Of a stretch of 64,000 bases of DNA, positions 9,160 to 19,688 are shown in pieces. This DNA comes from Muribaculaceae bacterium (GTDB lineage Bacteria; Bacillota; Clostridia; Lachnospirales; Lachnospiraceae), in the NCBI GenBank assembly GCA_023666425.1, contig JAMPCA010000001.1:822680-886679 (forward strand), written 5' to 3'. Every line of letters starts with the position of its first letter. The first letter of the stretch is position 1. The notes under the pieces are model-generated. The model worked only from the letters and a program-made list of their open reading frames with translations, had not been told where the DNA came from and did no database searches. Both the position numbers and the translations under genes were made by a program.

Positions 9160-10200
9160 TCACTGAAACTTGTATATCCGTTTCGCCATTCGGTAACCGC
9201 CCACAACCGCCTTTTTTCCCAGTCTGCCCGGGAGCGTTGTCAGCCCGCTCAGGGTACTTAAACGCAATCTGAAATAGAGCTTTGGATTGCTTCTTTTCAT
9301 ATCCTGCCAGATCTCCCGATGCCGCCTCAGCGCCCTCTCATCCCCCTTCAGCAGCAGATGGACAGAGGAGATTGCCATCATAATGGAAACGTTGCGGCAC
9401 ATATAATTCGCCAGCTTCGGATGCTCCCTTTTGACTTTTTCTAAATCCACGCACTCCGCCACAAGCTTTGTTACCTTAATCTGCTGTTCAATCCTCTCTG
9501 TCAATACTTTTTCGTTGACTGACTGATCCTCTCGGCCAAGATAATACTGGTACAGATCAATATCCATGTAATAAAGTGTCTCTACCGAGGGAAGCGGATA
9601 ATATGCGAAAATGTTATCCACATAAAATGTATTCTCCGGCAAAACCACTCCTGATTTCCGAAGGATCTCTGTGCGGTAGATCATGGCGTGCATAACCAGA
9701 TACTGGGAAGGATAAAATCTTCCGGTATCTTCCCATGTACAAATTTCCCTTTCCGGGAAAATATTCCGGTAGCTGACCGTCCTTTTTTCGCCCTCCTCCA
9801 AGTGATTGTAGACATAGTTGCAGAGCAGAAGATCCGGCCCGCTGTCCCCCCAGCCCATCTCCTCCCGCACGCACCAGCCTCTTATTTCCCTTAAAAGCGT
9901 ATGATAGGCCTCCGCCTCAAGCCAGTCGTCCGAATCCACCACCTTAAAATATTTTCCCGTGGCGAGCGCAAGTCCCCGGTTTACCCCCGAACCATGGCCG
10001 CCGTTCTCCTTATGCACCGCCTTTACGATTGTCGGAAATATTTTTGCATATTGATCTGCGATCTCACCCGTCCGGTCTGTTGACCCATCATCTATAATGA
10101 TAATTTCCACTTCCTCCCCTCCGGTCACCAGCGAATCCAGACATCTCTCCATATAGCTCTCCGAATTAAAGCACGGTACAGTAATTGTCAAATATTTCAT
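9160..10200 (-). CDS. glycosyltransferase family 2
   Basis: N-terminal GT-A motifs VPCFN...DDGSTD...DSDD. GGAGG SD upstream. Its stop overlaps the RBS of the next gene. Confidence 0.8.
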   Translation of the reverse strand: MKYLTITVPCFNSESYMERCLDSLVTGGEEVEIIIIDDGSTDRTGEIADQYAKIFPTIVKAVHKENGGHGSGVNRGLALATGKYFKVVDSDDWLEAEAYHTLLREIRGWCVREEMGWGDSGPDLLLCNYVYNHLEEGEKRTVSYRNIFPEREICTWEDTGRFYPSQYLVMHAMIYRTEILRKSGVVLPENTFYVDNIFAYYPLPSVETLYYMDIDLYQYYLGREDQSVNEKVLTERIEQQIKVTKLVAECVDLEKVKREHPKLANYMCRNVSIMMAISSVHLLLKGDERALRRHREIWQDMKRSNPKLYFRLRLSTLSGLTTLPGRLGKKAVVGGYRMAKRIYKFQ

Positions 10201-10220
10201 CTTATGCCTCCGTTTTGCGT

Positions 10221-10266
10221 AAAAATAAAGGGTGCTATCCTTCTTGTATAAAGAAGTATAACACCC
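10221..10266 (-). terminator. rho-independent terminator after purB
   Basis: Minus-strand imperfect 15-bp stem (GGTGTTATACTTCTT / AAGAAGGATAGCACC) followed by TTTATTTTT. Confidence 0.5.
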
Positions 10267-10364
10267 AAATCTTACCGCTATATGACAGCGACCTTACAGT
10301 TTTGTTAGAAAAAGTTTAAGATTTTCTTTACCATCCATGACAGAACACACGCATTTCCTGTCCA

Positions 10365-11816
10365 TTACACATTGATCTCCGCCGTAACGCCGAGCTCATC
10401 TTTATTTGCATCCAAAACCGGCTGCACCACATCCCGCAGGAACACCTCCACCTGCCGGGGCGCGCGCCCCACATAAAGCTCCGGCTTTAAGGTTGCCGCA
10501 ATCTGCTCCTTCGTAAGTCCAAAGGCCGGATCCGCCGCGATCAGGTCTGCAAGGTTATTATCCTTTCCCTCCTCCTTCACGGTCTTTCCCGCCTCCATCG
10601 AGAGCGTCCGGATTCTCTCGTGAAGCTCCTGCCGGTTGCCGCCGCGCTTTACTGCATCCATCATAATATTTTCGGTCGCCATGAAGGGAATCTCCGCCAT
10701 AAAATGCTTCTCGATCACCTTCGGATACACCACCAGCCCGTCCACCACGTTCAGGCACAGATCCAGAATGCCGTCCGTGGCCAAAAATCCCTCCGGCACG
10801 GACAGACGCTTGTTGGCGGAATCGTCCAGCGTGCGCTCAAACCACTGCGTGGCAGAGGTGATCGCCGGATTCAGGGCATCCACCAGCACATAGCGCGCAA
10901 GAGAGGCGATGCGCTCACTGCGCATCGGATTGCGCTTATATGCCATGGCCGAGGAACCAATCTGTGTTTTTTCAAAGGGCTCCTCCACCTCTTTCAAATG
11001 CTGCAGCAGGCGGATATCCCCCGCCATCTTGTGGGCGCTGGCCGCGATGCCTGCCAGCACATTTAAAACCCTCGTATCTACCTTTCGGGAATAGGTCTGC
11101 CCGGACACCGGATAACACGCCTCAAAGCCCATCTTCTCTGCAATCATCGGATCAATCTTATCAATCGTCTCCTGATCCCCGTCAAAAAGCTCTAAAAAGC
11201 TCGCCTGCGTGCCAGTCGTCCCCTTAGAGCCAAGCAGCTTTAGAGAACCCAGCACATATTCCAGATCCTCCAGATCCAGCAGAAATTCCTGCATCCAGAG
11301 CGTCGCCCGCTTGCCCACTGTCGTGGGCTGTGCCGGCTGAAAATGTGTAAAGGCAAGGGTCGGCTGATCCTTATATTTCTCCGCGAAGGCCGCCAGCTCC
11401 GCAATCACGCTCACCAGCTTTTTATGCACGAGCTTAAGCGCCTCGCGCATCACAATAATGTCCGTGTTATCCCCCACATAGCAGGAGGTCGCACCGAGGT
11501 GTATGATTCCCGCCGCCTGCGGGCACTGCTGCCCGTAAGCGTACACATGGCTCATCACATCGTGGCGCACCTCTTTTTCCCTCGCCTTTGCCACCTCGTA
11601 GTTGATATCATCCACATGCGCCTTAAGCTCGTCAATCTGCGCCTGCGTGATCACCGGCCTGCCCTCCTCGGACAGCCCCAGCTCCATCTCCGTCTCCGCC
11701 AGAGCAATCCACAGCCTGCGCCATGTGGTAAACTTCATGTCCTGCGAAAAAATGTACTGCATCTCCCTGCTGGCATACCGCTCCGAGAGCGGGCTCGTAT
11801 ATCCGTCTGTGCTCAT
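10365..11816 (-). CDS. purB: adenylosuccinate lyase
   Basis: 483 aa. Fumarate-lyase family with the GSSAMAYKRNP signature. Confidence 0.9.
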   Translation of the reverse strand: MSTDGYTSPLSERYASREMQYIFSQDMKFTTWRRLWIALAETEMELGLSEEGRPVITQAQIDELKAHVDDINYEVAKAREKEVRHDVMSHVYAYGQQCPQAAGIIHLGATSCYVGDNTDIIVMREALKLVHKKLVSVIAELAAFAEKYKDQPTLAFTHFQPAQPTTVGKRATLWMQEFLLDLEDLEYVLGSLKLLGSKGTTGTQASFLELFDGDQETIDKIDPMIAEKMGFEACYPVSGQTYSRKVDTRVLNVLAGIAASAHKMAGDIRLLQHLKEVEEPFEKTQIGSSAMAYKRNPMRSERIASLARYVLVDALNPAITSATQWFERTLDDSANKRLSVPEGFLATDGILDLCLNVVDGLVVYPKVIEKHFMAEIPFMATENIMMDAVKRGGNRQELHERIRTLSMEAGKTVKEEGKDNNLADLIAADPAFGLTKEQIAATLKPELYVGRAPRQVEVFLRDVVQPVLDANKDELGVTAEINV

Positions 11817-11826
11817 AGTATTCTCC

Positions 11827-13305
11827 TTATCTTCCGAGCTTGCGCTCCATGTCGATTTCTTTATCGTAGTAATCCCCGCGGATATCCTCCTTCGGGGGCT
11901 CCATCGGATACTTTCCGGTAAAACAGCCAGTACAGATGGGAAGAGAGTCCACCATCTGGTTCAGCCTTTCAATTCCCAGATAGCCGAGGGAATCTGCGCC
12001 GATCATCTGCCGGATCTCCTCGATCGTCCGGTTGTAAGCGATCAGCTGCTCCCTCGCCGGAATATCCGTGCCGAAATAGCAGGGCCACAAAAACGGCGGC
12101 GAACTGATGCGGACATGCACCTCTTTTGCGCCAGCCTCTCTCAGCATACGCACAATGCGGTCCGAGGTGGTTCCCCTGACAATGGAATCGTCAATCATAA
12201 TGACACGCTTTTGATCCACCGCCTCTTTTAATACGTTCAGCTTCACCTGTACGCTGGATTCCCGGCTCGACTGTCTGGGCTTAATAAAGGTTCGCCCCAC
12301 ATAGCTGTTCTTGACGAAGGCGAGGCCGTAGGGAATCCCGGATTCCAGCGAATATCCCAGTGCGGCGGCATTGCCCGACTCCGGCACTCCGGTGACCAGA
12401 TCCGCCTCTACCGGGGAATCCTTCGCCAAAAACCGTCCGGCTCTCAGCCGGCTGTCGTACACGCTCACTCCGTCAATACGGCTGTCCGGCCGCGCAAAGT
12501 ATATGTATTCAAAAATGCACCGGGCCTCCCTTTCCGCCGGAAGGCACATGGACATATCCGACTCAATCCCCTTCTCCGGAGAAATCGTAACCACCTCCCC
12601 CGGCTTCACATCCCTGACATACTCCGCGCCGATCGTATCCAGCGCGCAGGTCTCAGAGGTAATGATATAGGCATTGTCGCGCTTTCCGATGCACAGAGGC
12701 TTAAAACCGTAGGGGTCTCTCGCACCGATTAGCTTTCTCGGACTGGAAACCACCAGCGCATAGGCGCCCTTAAGCTTTTCACAGGCCCGGCGCACCGCCT
12801 CCTCCGCCGTTTGCGAATTCAGCCGCTCTCTGGCAATATGGTAGGCAATCACCTCCGAGTCGACGGTGGTCTGGAAAATGGCTCCCGTATACTCCAGGTC
12901 ACGGCGCAGCTCATTGGCATTGATCAGATTGCCGTTGTGAGCCAGCGCCAGCGTGCCCTTCACATAATTGAGCACCAGCGGCTGGGCGTTCTCTCTCGTG
13001 GAGGAACCTGCGGTGGAATAGCGCACATGTCCCACGCCGATATCTCCCTGCATGGCATCCAAATGCTCCGGCGTAAACACCTCATTGACCAGCCCCATGC
13101 CCTTATAGGATACCACCTTACCCTTTGGGCCGTCCGTGTCGCTGACCGCAATTCCACAGCTCTCCTGCCCTCTGTGCTGGAGGGCAAAAAGTCCATAGTA
13201 AATGGAGGAGGCAACATCTCCGCCGTCAAAATCATACATGCCGAAGATGCCGCATTCCTCGTGAAGCCCGTCCCACTGATACTCGTTGAAATTCTCCTGA
13301 TTCAT
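11827..13305 (-). CDS. purF: amidophosphoribosyltransferase
   Basis: N-terminal Ntn glutamine amidotransferase (CGIFG after Met) and the PRTase domain. Confidence 0.9.
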   Translation of the reverse strand: MNQENFNEYQWDGLHEECGIFGMYDFDGGDVASSIYYGLFALQHRGQESCGIAVSDTDGPKGKVVSYKGMGLVNEVFTPEHLDAMQGDIGVGHVRYSTAGSSTRENAQPLVLNYVKGTLALAHNGNLINANELRRDLEYTGAIFQTTVDSEVIAYHIARERLNSQTAEEAVRRACEKLKGAYALVVSSPRKLIGARDPYGFKPLCIGKRDNAYIITSETCALDTIGAEYVRDVKPGEVVTISPEKGIESDMSMCLPAEREARCIFEYIYFARPDSRIDGVSVYDSRLRAGRFLAKDSPVEADLVTGVPESGNAAALGYSLESGIPYGLAFVKNSYVGRTFIKPRQSSRESSVQVKLNVLKEAVDQKRVIMIDDSIVRGTTSDRIVRMLREAGAKEVHVRISSPPFLWPCYFGTDIPAREQLIAYNRTIEEIRQMIGADSLGYLGIERLNQMVDSLPICTGCFTGKYPMEPPKEDIRGDYYDKEIDMERKLGR

Positions 13306-13332
13306 GCTTTACTCCCTGATTAAGTCTGATGG

Positions 13333-14208
13333 CTAACGGACAAAAGGGGCTCCCGTCAGAAGCTCATAGGCCTCCTTGTACTTGTCCACAGTTCTTTCAA
13401 CCACCTCATCCGGAAGCAGATAACCGCTGTCCGGGTTCGCCTTGAGCCAGTCCCTCACATACTGCTTGTCAAAGGAGGGCTGTCCCTTGCCCGCCTCGTA
13501 GCCCGCAAGAGGCCAGAACCGGGAGCTGTCCGGCGTCAGCATCTCATCTCCCAGCACCACCTGCCCGCTCTCGTCCAGACCAAACTCAAACTTGGTGTCG
13601 GCAATAATAATTCCCTTCGAAAGCGCATAGTCCGCACATTTCCTGTAGAGCGCCAGTGTATAATCCCGTATCTGCGCCGCATAGTCCTCTCCCCTGCCCG
13701 GGTAATGCTTCTCCAGCACCTCCACCGACTGCTCAAAGGAGATATTTTCATCGTGGTCTCCCAGCTTGGCTTTTGTGCTGGGCGTATAGATGGGCTCCGG
13801 CAGCTTGTCAGACTCCACCAGCCCCGGCTGCAGACGAATGCCGCAGACCGTCCCATTCTCTTGATAGCCTGCCCAGCCGCTTCCCGTAATGTAACCCCTG
13901 ACAATACACTCGATGGGAAGCATTTCCAGCTTCCTGCACAGCATACTGTTGCCGTCAAACCGCTCTTGTCTGAAAAACTCCGGCATATCCTTCACATCCA
14001 CAGAAATCATGTGATTTTCCACCACATCCTTCGTGTAGTCAAACCAGAATCTTGACATCTGGGTGAGAACCGCCCCCTTGTCCGTAATCCTGTTCTTTAA
14101 AATGTTGTCGAAGGCAGAGATGCGGTCTGTGGCGACAATCACAAGCTGATCCCCGATGTCATAGATTTCTCTTACCTTGCCTTCCTTAAAGGGCTTATAT
14201 TCCTGCAT
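13333..14208 (-). CDS. purC: phosphoribosylaminoimidazole-succinocarboxamide synthase
   Basis: 291-aa SAICAR synthetase. N-terminal GKVREIYD motif. Confidence 0.9.
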   Translation of the reverse strand: MQEYKPFKEGKVREIYDIGDQLVIVATDRISAFDNILKNRITDKGAVLTQMSRFWFDYTKDVVENHMISVDVKDMPEFFRQERFDGNSMLCRKLEMLPIECIVRGYITGSGWAGYQENGTVCGIRLQPGLVESDKLPEPIYTPSTKAKLGDHDENISFEQSVEVLEKHYPGRGEDYAAQIRDYTLALYRKCADYALSKGIIIADTKFEFGLDESGQVVLGDEMLTPDSSRFWPLAGYEAGKGQPSFDKQYVRDWLKANPDSGYLLPDEVVERTVDKYKEAYELLTGAPFVR

Positions 14209-14268
14209 ATTTTTTCTCCTTTTGTTTGATACTTCGTGTGATCCGTATTCCAGCGGAAAGAGTCCCTT

Positions 14269-15810
14269 CTATGAGACAATCAGCGACTTGCCGGTCATCT
14301 CCGCGGGCTGCGGAAGCTCCATAATCTCCAAAAGCGTCGGCGCAATATCCGCAAGGCATCCACCCTCCCTGAGCTTTACAGACGGATCGTAATTCACCAG
14401 AATAAAGGGAACCGGGTTCGTCGTGTGCGCCGTGTGGGGCTTTCCCGTCTCGTAGTCAATCATCTTCTCCGCATTGCCGTGGTCTGCACAGATGAACAGT
14501 ACGCCGTCCACCTCCTTCACCGCATCCACCGCTTCGCCCACCAGGGCATCCACACGCTCCACCGCGGCTACGGCTGCGTCAATCACGCCGGTGTGTCCAA
14601 CCATGTCGGGATTGGCAAAATTGATGACAATGACGTCGTACTTGTCGGATTTGATTGCCTCCACGAGATCCATCCCCACCTCCGGGGCGCTCATCTCGGG
14701 CTTTAAATCATAGGTCGCCACATCTTTGGGCGAATTGACTAACAGTCTCGCCTCGTCCACGTTCGGCTCCTCCACGCCGCCGTTAAAGAAGAAGGTCACA
14801 TGGGCGTACTTCTCCGTCTCCGCAAGGCGAAGCTGCTTCTTGCCGCATTTTGCGAGATATTCTCCAAAGGTATTTTCAATGCTCTCCTTCTCAAAGGCAA
14901 TGCTCTTGTTCGGGATGGTCTCATCGTAATCCTTGAAGCACACATAGGTAAGGGGGAGAAATTCCCTTGCAAAACCGCTAAACCGGTCGTCGCAGAAAGC
15001 CCGGGTAATCTCCCTCGCCCGGTCGGGGCGGAAGTTGAAAAAGATGACGGAGTCATTCGCCTTCACGAGAGACAAAGGCCTGCCCTCCCCGTCCGTAATC
15101 ACTGTGGGAAGCACAAACTCATCCGTCACATCCTCCTTGTAGGAATCCGCCATCGCCTGCACCGCTGACATGGCCTGCACGCCCTCCCCCTTCGTCAGGG
15201 AGTTGTAGGCCTTTTCCACACGGTCCCAGTTATTGTCCCTGTCCATCGCGTAGTAGCGGCCGCTCAAAGAGGCAATCTTTCCCACGCCAAGCTCCGCCAT
15301 CTTGTCCTCCAGCTGCTGCACATAATCCTTCCCGGAGGCGGGCGGCGTATCCCGGCCGTCCAAGAACGCATGGACAAATACCTTTGTGAGCCCCTGCCGC
15401 TTCGCCATCTCTAAAAGTCCGTAGAGATGCGTGTTGTGGCTGTGCACGCCTCCGTCGGATAAAAGTCCCCACAGATGCAGGTCGGAATCATTCTTTTTAC
15501 AGTTCTCCATCGCCGCCAGAAGCGCAGGATTCTGGAAAAAGTCACCATCCTCGATCGCCTTGGTAATTCTGGTCAGATCCTGATAGATAATCCTCCCGGC
15601 GCCGATATTCATGTGTCCGACCTCGGAATTGCCCATCTGTCCGTCCGGCAGCCCCACTGCAAGCCCGGAAGCATTTCCCTTCACAAAGGGGCATTCCTTC
15701 ATAAGCCGGTCCATCACCGGCGTATCTGCCATCGCAATGGCATTCCCCTCGGGATTCTCATTCAGTCCGTAACCGTCCAGCACCATCAATACAACAGGTT
15801 TTTTACTCAT
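14269..15810 (-). CDS. gpmI: 2,3-bisphosphoglycerate-independent phosphoglycerate mutase
   Basis: 513 aa. Conserved iPGM metal-binding and catalytic Ser region. Confidence 0.9.
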   Translation of the reverse strand: MSKKPVVLMVLDGYGLNENPEGNAIAMADTPVMDRLMKECPFVKGNASGLAVGLPDGQMGNSEVGHMNIGAGRIIYQDLTRITKAIEDGDFFQNPALLAAMENCKKNDSDLHLWGLLSDGGVHSHNTHLYGLLEMAKRQGLTKVFVHAFLDGRDTPPASGKDYVQQLEDKMAELGVGKIASLSGRYYAMDRDNNWDRVEKAYNSLTKGEGVQAMSAVQAMADSYKEDVTDEFVLPTVITDGEGRPLSLVKANDSVIFFNFRPDRAREITRAFCDDRFSGFAREFLPLTYVCFKDYDETIPNKSIAFEKESIENTFGEYLAKCGKKQLRLAETEKYAHVTFFFNGGVEEPNVDEARLLVNSPKDVATYDLKPEMSAPEVGMDLVEAIKSDKYDVIVINFANPDMVGHTGVIDAAVAAVERVDALVGEAVDAVKEVDGVLFICADHGNAEKMIDYETGKPHTAHTTNPVPFILVNYDPSVKLREGGCLADIAPTLLEIMELPQPAEMTGKSLIVS

Positions 15811-15837
15811 TTTCTTGTCCTCTTTTCTTATAATCTA

Positions 15838-17442
15838 TTACTCCAGATTACCCACAATATCAATCGCCCTGCCCTCTATGTCCTTGTCGCCCGGGTGCAT
15901 ACCGTAGCGCCGTCCGGAGGTGTAGGCGTAGGGGGATTCCCCGGGGCCGTCCACGTCCCGGTAGGGATAAAAGCGGCCGCTCTCATCAATCCCCACATTT
16001 TTTGAAATATCCGCCAGATAATGATAGAATTCCTTCAATTCCTCTTCACTGTCCAGCATATAGGTCTTCCCTGCCTTCTGTATACAGGGCAGAAACCGAA
16101 GTGTAAGCGCGCCGTCTCCATCAATCTGAAGCTGGGCGATCGTCGTGTACAGCGTCCCGGAGGAAAACCAGAAATTCCCAAGGCTGTAAGCCACCGGAAC
16201 CTCGTCCATAAAGGTCACGCCCTGCAGCCGGTGGGGATGTCCTCCAATCACCGCATCCACACCCGCATCCACATAAGTCCTGGCCAGCGCTCTCTGGCCG
16301 CTGTCATAGACGACATTGCCCTCGCTGCCCCAGTGAACATAGACAAACACATAGTCACTGCAGGCTCTCGCCCTTCGAATCGCCGCGAGAACCTCCTTCT
16401 CCTGCTGTGCCTTTAAAACACCCGGCTCTCCCTCCTGCGCTTCCCTCGTAAAATGATAAAAGCGCTCGATCTCCGTAGTGCTCACAATGGCAATCTTCCT
16501 GCCGCCAGCCACGAAATAGCGCACCGCCGAGGCTTCCGCCAGATCTCTGCCCGCACCGCTGTATATAACGCCCGCATCCTTTAGCGTATCCAGCGTGTCC
16601 AAAAGCCCCTGCTCCCCATAATCATAGGTGTGATTGTTCGCCAGAGAAACCAGATCCGTACCGAAAAGCTCCAGATACTTCACATTTTCCGGGGCTGCCT
16701 TAAAGGTATAGCTCTTGTCCTCCAGGGCGCCGTCGCTTGTGGTGTAGGTAAACTCATTGTTGACTACCGTAAGATCCGCCGACTGCAGCTCCTGCTGCAC
16801 ATCGTGGGAAAGGCATTCCGACACTCCCCCCAGACTCTGCGCGTTCTTCATCGTATACCAGCGGTCGTCCAGATTGACGTCCCCGATGAAATCAATGGTG
16901 ATCTGCTCCGGATCCGAAACCTCCTTCCACACCACGTCACTGTACAGATAACTTGCATAATTGTGCTCCCTGCAATACTCCATCCAGAGCACATGCATCG
17001 AATTACCAGTCAGCTCATACCAGAGAGACGTCTCCGCCTGTCCCTCTGCCAGCGCCTGCGCCAGCTTCTCTAACGTCTCCTGCCCGTAGGAGCCGCCGAC
17101 CCAGCACAGAAACGCCTCATCTACCGGATAGCCACGGAAAAATTTCCCCGTCCCTTTCTCTAAAATAGACGTAACCGCCGTGTGTGCCGCAGACAGCATC
17201 TCCGGATCATTTACCCTATCCTGTTCAATTATATCCTGATGCGCTTCTTCCTGTGCTTCCTCAGACGACTCTTCCGGCTCTGTGGGCAATGGCCTCTCTG
17301 TGGCCTCCGACAGCTCCGATGGCTCCCGCGGCTCCGTCTCTTCGTATGCTCCTGGCGTTCCTTTGCCCCTGCCATACATCACGTTCACCCCTAAGAATAC
17401 TATAAGGAGCAACACAGCGCTTATCCCTCGTATCTTTTTCAT
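15838..17442 (-). CDS. CapA-family (PGA_cap) metallophosphatase-like secreted protein with acidic low-complexity N-terminal region
   Basis: Signal peptide followed by a Glu/Pro/Ser-rich linker. C-terminal domain has the CapA/PgsA-like motifs (GGHPHRLQG, LGNF). Confidence 0.7.
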   Translation of the reverse strand: MKKIRGISAVLLLIVFLGVNVMYGRGKGTPGAYEETEPREPSELSEATERPLPTEPEESSEEAQEEAHQDIIEQDRVNDPEMLSAAHTAVTSILEKGTGKFFRGYPVDEAFLCWVGGSYGQETLEKLAQALAEGQAETSLWYELTGNSMHVLWMEYCREHNYASYLYSDVVWKEVSDPEQITIDFIGDVNLDDRWYTMKNAQSLGGVSECLSHDVQQELQSADLTVVNNEFTYTTSDGALEDKSYTFKAAPENVKYLELFGTDLVSLANNHTYDYGEQGLLDTLDTLKDAGVIYSGAGRDLAEASAVRYFVAGGRKIAIVSTTEIERFYHFTREAQEGEPGVLKAQQEKEVLAAIRRARACSDYVFVYVHWGSEGNVVYDSGQRALARTYVDAGVDAVIGGHPHRLQGVTFMDEVPVAYSLGNFWFSSGTLYTTIAQLQIDGDGALTLRFLPCIQKAGKTYMLDSEEELKEFYHYLADISKNVGIDESGRFYPYRDVDGPGESPYAYTSGRRYGMHPGDKDIEGRAIDIVGNLE

Positions 17443-17490
17443 ACCACATATTTTAACGGCTTTTCCAGGGAATGTCTATCTTTTTTATTG

Positions 17491-17549
17491 ACAAAAATAA
17501 AAAAAGAAAACGCATTACAATTAGTAGGAACTACAAAATTGTAATGCGT
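17491..17549 (-). terminator. rho-independent terminator after tpiA
   Basis: Perfect 13-bp stem ACGCATTACAATT / AATTGTAATGCGT, followed on the minus strand by TTTTCTTTTTTTATTTTT. Confidence 0.65.
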
Positions 17550-17567
17550 CTGCTATAGTGCATTGAA

Positions 17568-18317
17568 CTACTGGTAATTCACGATCCTGCCAAAGTCCGC
17601 CTTAAGGCTTGCGCCTCCCACCAGACCGCCGTCAATATCCGGCTTTGCAAAGAGCTCTGCGGCATTGGCCGCATTCACAGATCCGCCATACTGGATACGG
17701 ACCGCATCTGCGGTCGCCGCATCGTATATTTCCCCGATGCAGGCCCGGATGGCTGCACATACCTCCTGCGCCTGCTCGGAGGTCGCGGTCTTTCCGGTTC
17801 CGATCGCCCAGATCGGCTCGTAAGCGATCACCATCTTCGCCACGTCTGAGGCAGATACCCCCGCCAGATCTGATTTGATCTGCAGGCGGATCCAGTCGAT
17901 GGTCACGCCCAGCTCTCTCTGCTCCAAGGACTCTCCACAGCAGAGAATCGGCGTAAGTCCGGCCTCAAAAGCCTTCTTTACCTTCTTATTCAGAAGCTCA
18001 TCGTCCTCCTTAAAGTAGTCGCGTCTCTCGGAATGGCCGAGCACCACATACTTCACGCCTGCGTCCACCAGCATCTCCGCAGAAATCTCTCCGGTGTAAG
18101 CGCCCTTATCCTCAAAATACATATTCTCGGCGCCGACTTCCACGTTGGTGCCCTTCACTGCCTCTGCCACCGGCACAATGTCAATCGCAGGCACACAGTA
18201 CACTACCTCTACACTGTCGGAAGCCACCAGAGGTTTCAGCTCCTCCACTAACTTTACAGCCTGACTGGGAGTCATATTCATCTTCCAGTTTCCGGCCACG
18301 ATTTTCTTTCTTGCCAT
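17568..18317 (-). CDS. tpiA: triose-phosphate isomerase
   Basis: VAGNWKMN start motif and the [11 protein letters not shown] active-site region. Start set at MARKK (18317), which has a GGGAG SD. Confidence 0.9.
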   Translation of the reverse strand: MARKKIVAGNWKMNMTPSQAVKLVEELKPLVASDSVEVVYCVPAIDIVPVAEAVKGTNVEVGAENMYFEDKGAYTGEISAEMLVDAGVKYVVLGHSERRDYFKEDDELLNKKVKKAFEAGLTPILCCGESLEQRELGVTIDWIRLQIKSDLAGVSASDVAKMVIAYEPIWAIGTGKTATSEQAQEVCAAIRACIGEIYDAATADAVRIQYGGSVNAANAAELFAKPDIDGGLVGGASLKADFGRIVNYQ

Positions 18318-18356
18318 GCTTGTTCTCCCTTGCTTTCCCGCTTTCATCCTAATCTA

Positions 18357-19580
18357 TTACTTATCGTCCGCCGCCATAACGCCCGGAAGCTCTTTGCCCT
18401 CCAAAAACTCTAAGGACGCGCCACCGCCGGTGGAAATGTGGCTCATCTTGTCGCCGTAGCCCATCTGGTTCACAGCCGCCGCGGAATCGCCGCCGCCGAT
18501 GATCGTGGTGGCATCCGTCTCTGCCAGCGCTTTCGCCACTGCAAGCGTCCCCGCTGCAAGGGTCGGATTCTCAAACACGCCCATGGGTCCGTTCCATACT
18601 ACAGTCTTGGCAGACTTCACCGCATCCGCAAACAGCTCTGCGGACTTCGGCCCGATGTCACAGCCCTCGCGGTCTGCGGGCATACTCTCTGAAGCGTACA
18701 CCTCTGTCTCCACCGGAGCGTCGATCGGGTTCGGAAACTCGCTGATGGTGACTGCATCCACCGGAAGAAGCAGCTTCTTGCCAAGCTTGTCTGCTTTTTC
18801 CATCATCTCCTTGCAATAGTCGAGCTTTTCATTGTCCACAAGGGATGTTCCAATCTCATAGCCCTGCGCCTTTAAGAAGGTGTATGCCATACCGCCGCCG
18901 ATAATTAAGGTATCGCACTTTTCCAAAAGGTTGTTGATAACGTTCAGCTTGTCGGCAACCTTCGCACCGCCAAGGATTGCGACAAACGGACGAACGGGAT
19001 TCTCCACCGCATTGCCGAGGAAGTCAATCTCCTTCTGCATCAGATATCCAACTGCGTTCTCTCCGCCCTTTTCCGTGATAAACTTCGTCACGCCAGCCAC
19101 GGAAGCATGCGCTCTGTGGGAAGAACCAAAAGCGTCGCACACATATACATCTGCCAGATCTGCCAGCTCCTTAGAGAACTCCTCGCCGTTCTTCGTCTCC
19201 TCCGCACCGCGGAAACGGGTATTCTGCAGAAGCACTACATCGCCCTCCTGCATCGCATTCACGGCAGCGGTAGCCTCCTCGCCCGTCACATGGTAATCGG
19301 AGACAAACTTCACATCTTTCCCCAGCTTCTCAGAAAGTCTTTTGGCAACGGGAGCTAAAGACTCTCCCTCGTTCGGGCCGTTCTTTACCTTGCCGAGATG
19401 GGAGCACAGAATTACCTTTCCACCGTCGTTCATAAGCTTCTGAATGGTGGGAAGCGCCGCAACGATGCGGGTCTCATCGGTGATTTCGCCCTCCTTGAGG
19501 GGTACGTTAAAGTCGCATCTCACTAAAACTCTCTTTCCACTGACGTTGATATCATCCACTGATTTTTTATTTAATCCCAT
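18357..19580 (-). CDS. pgk: phosphoglycerate kinase
   Basis: 407 aa with canonical PGK N- and C-domains. Confidence 0.9.
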   Translation of the reverse strand: MGLNKKSVDDINVSGKRVLVRCDFNVPLKEGEITDETRIVAALPTIQKLMNDGGKVILCSHLGKVKNGPNEGESLAPVAKRLSEKLGKDVKFVSDYHVTGEEATAAVNAMQEGDVVLLQNTRFRGAEETKNGEEFSKELADLADVYVCDAFGSSHRAHASVAGVTKFITEKGGENAVGYLMQKEIDFLGNAVENPVRPFVAILGGAKVADKLNVINNLLEKCDTLIIGGGMAYTFLKAQGYEIGTSLVDNEKLDYCKEMMEKADKLGKKLLLPVDAVTISEFPNPIDAPVETEVYASESMPADREGCDIGPKSAELFADAVKSAKTVVWNGPMGVFENPTLAAGTLAVAKALAETDATTIIGGGDSAAAVNQMGYGDKMSHISTGGGASLEFLEGKELPGVMAADDK

Positions 19581-19688
19581 GTCAATCTCCTTTTCTAAGG
19601 AATCCTCTCTCCGCAGCAGAGAACTCCTGTTATTTTTAATAAAGGGTCCGGCGAATGGCCGAACCCTATACTTTATAACGGCATAACT

